Below are positions 62,041 to 64,000 of a stretch of 64,000 bases of DNA, piece by piece. This DNA comes from Chiloscyllium plagiosum. Taxonomy: Eukaryota. Positions within the stretch are counted from its first letter, which is position 1. Every line of letters begins with the position of its first letter. A program made the position numbers and the translations under genes. The notes beneath the pieces were generated by a model. It was given only the letters and a program-made list of their open reading frames with translations. It was not told the origin of the DNA and ran no database searches. The DNA lies in contig NC_057750.1 of NCBI RefSeq assembly GCF_004010195.1, forward strand, positions 7,651,387-7,715,386. Reading direction: 5' to 3'.

Positions 62041-63444
62041 CCCAATTTTCCAAACAGGAGCAGAAGCAGGGGGTGGGAAACTCTGAGCCAACAATTGAAA
62101 CTAAAACAGACAATCAATACAGCAAGGCAGGCTTTTTTTGTTTGCAGTTTGTGGGAGCTTGCTGTGCTCCATTCGGCTGTCAGCGTTCCAACACTGCGAC
62201 ACTTTTGAAGGTGGTACAGAAGCACTCTGGGGTCTCCCTAAGGGTGCTATTTAAATGCAAGCCCTTGCAATTCTTTAAGCCACGCCTCCAGTTCAGCACA
62301 GTCCCAAGGGCCCCTGTCATATCCCTCAGTTCCCCACTGAACCAAGCAGCACCTGCTCAGAAACCTGTAAAGAATCAATATTGACTTCAGGTTGAACCAG
62401 ACTGGAGCCATGGGTGTGGTAACACCGAAAGTTGCACTGGCATTACTGGGGAGTGGCAACTCCCTCTGACATGCAAAACTTTCTTTGAGAAATGGCTCCA
62501 TCAGCAAAGTGACAATCACAGTGGTCCCCCCCCTCCCACCGAATAAACAGGAGGTTCATGTTCAAGTGTCTGCGCTCCACATGTCAATCTGATCTAGAAA
62601 GCAAGAGGAAGTTGGTGTTAAATTGAGATTAACCAAGATACAGCTGGTTTTTGCTCAGTGTTAAGGTTGTGTACTCCCCGTTTAGATTCCAGAGCAGATG
62701 AGGTGCACAGTGATGTCCCCTTTACCTATGCCAAATTACAAGCCTCCGCCCCAGTGAACCACTTCTCGCATGTTTCAAAAACCGCCTGCATTTACACGGC
62801 GCCAGTGACCAGGTAAAGGGTCCCAAAGCAGGAAGGTATTAGGATCCAAACGTTTTACCTTTAGCTTTCCACCTCCAAGACACGCCTTAAGGTCGACCTC
62901 TTCGGGCTAAAGTTTGGTCAAAGAGGCAACATTTAATGAAAAGGTCGATATTGATGATTGTTGGAAAAACCCATCTGGTTCACTAATATCCTTTAAGAAC
63001 AAAGAACATTACAGCACAGGAGCAGGCCCTTCGGCCCTCCAAGCCTGCACCGATCCTCTATCTAAACCTGTGGTCAATTTTCCTCTTGAATATTATCAAA
63101 AGGTGACCATTTGTTTAAAAAAAAAACGTGGATGCTGGTAATCAAAAATCAAAACAGAAATTGCTGGAAAAGCTCAGCAGATCTAGCTGCATGTGCAGAG
63201 AAAAATCAGACAAAGTTTCAGGTCCAGGTCCTCAAAATGTATGGTCGGGGAAGAAATTTGCCATCCTTACCTGGTCTGGCCTACACGTGACTCCAGACTC
63301 ACAGCAATGTATTTGACTCATAACTATCTTGGGCATAGGTGATGAAGGCTGGCCTAGTCAGTGAGGCCCTCAGCCCATGAAAGAATTAAAAATAAAAATT
63401 ATGCACACTCTCGGACCTTCCTCGCCAGATCTTGTATGGAGAAA

Positions 63445-63928
63445 CATAGAGTCATAGAGATGTACAGCACGGAAACAGACCCTTCAGTCCAACCCGTCCA
63501 TGCCGGCCAGATATCCCAACCCAATCTAGTCCCACATGTCAGCACCTGGCCCATATCCCTCCAAACACTTCCTATCCATATACCTGTCCAAATGCCTTTT
63601 AAAATGTTGTAAGTGTACCAGCCTCCACCACTTCCTCTGGAAGCTCATTCCATACACGTACCACCCTCTGCGTGAAAACGTTGCCCCTTAGGTCTCTTTT
63701 ATATCTTTACCCTCTCACTCTAAACCTATGCGCTCTTGTTCTGGACTCCCCCATCCCAGGGAAAAGATTTTGCCTATTTATCCTATCCATGCCCCTCATA
63801 ATTTTGTAAACCTCCGTCGCTCCAGGGAAAACAGCCCCAGCCTGTTCCGCCTCTCCCTATAGCTAACACCCTCCAACCCCAGCAACATCCTTGTAAATCT
63901 TTTCTGAACCCTTTCGAGTTTCACAACA
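63445..63928 (-). mobile_element. CR1-type LINE 3' fragment
   Basis: Reverse complement of the standard 3' region. Confidence 0.8.
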
Positions 63929-63930
63929 AT

Positions 63931-64000
63931 GGGTGGCACGGTGGCACAATGGTTAGCACTGCTGCCTCACAGCGCCAGAAACCCGGGTTCAATTCCCACC
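63931..64000 (+). mobile_element. HE1/V-SINE-type SINE head, cut by window end
   Basis: gggtggcacggtggcacaatggttagcactgctgcctcacagcgccag..gggttcaattccc. Confidence 0.8.

Noticed and set aside
62247..62519. 90-aa minus-strand ORF as an alternative first exon
   Set aside because: No PKD similarity, ends in a stop, and its 3' end overlaps a SINE-tail relic.
53856..64000. Search for PKD exon 1 (..QIGL.RE....ACSIVDQK) and a promoter
   Set aside because: No matching peptide or CpG-island-like region seen; likely beyond the window.

Overview
Eukaryotic, repeat-dense genomic DNA, almost certainly from a shark or ray (inferred from HE1/V-SINE-type and CR1/HER1-type repeats). The minus strand carries 17 coding exons (exons 2-18 by vertebrate numbering; 53855 to 6006; 2409 nt, 802 aa plus stop) of a protein kinase D gene, most like PRKD2. 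All junctions are GT-AG and phase-compatible. Exon 1 and the promoter are not visible and probably lie beyond 64000. The introns hold CR1 and Rex1-type LINE fragments, several tRNA-derived SINE families, a decayed Gypsy LTR element with nested insertions, Tigger-like DNA transposon relics, Penelope-like (PLE) fragments and several mini/microsatellites. The most notable hidden signal is a set of minimal type I hammerhead-ribozyme motifs from four distinct PLE-end families. Two have intact cores in the pre-mRNA sense (47673-47708, 38683-38717). One family carries a compensatory U3-A8 core inside a ~195-bp palindrome (58479-58673). Hammerheads in PLEs are a known phenomenon, and activity here is untested. 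Repeat boundaries are approximate, family names are from recall, and most ORFs in the supplied track are repeat artefacts.
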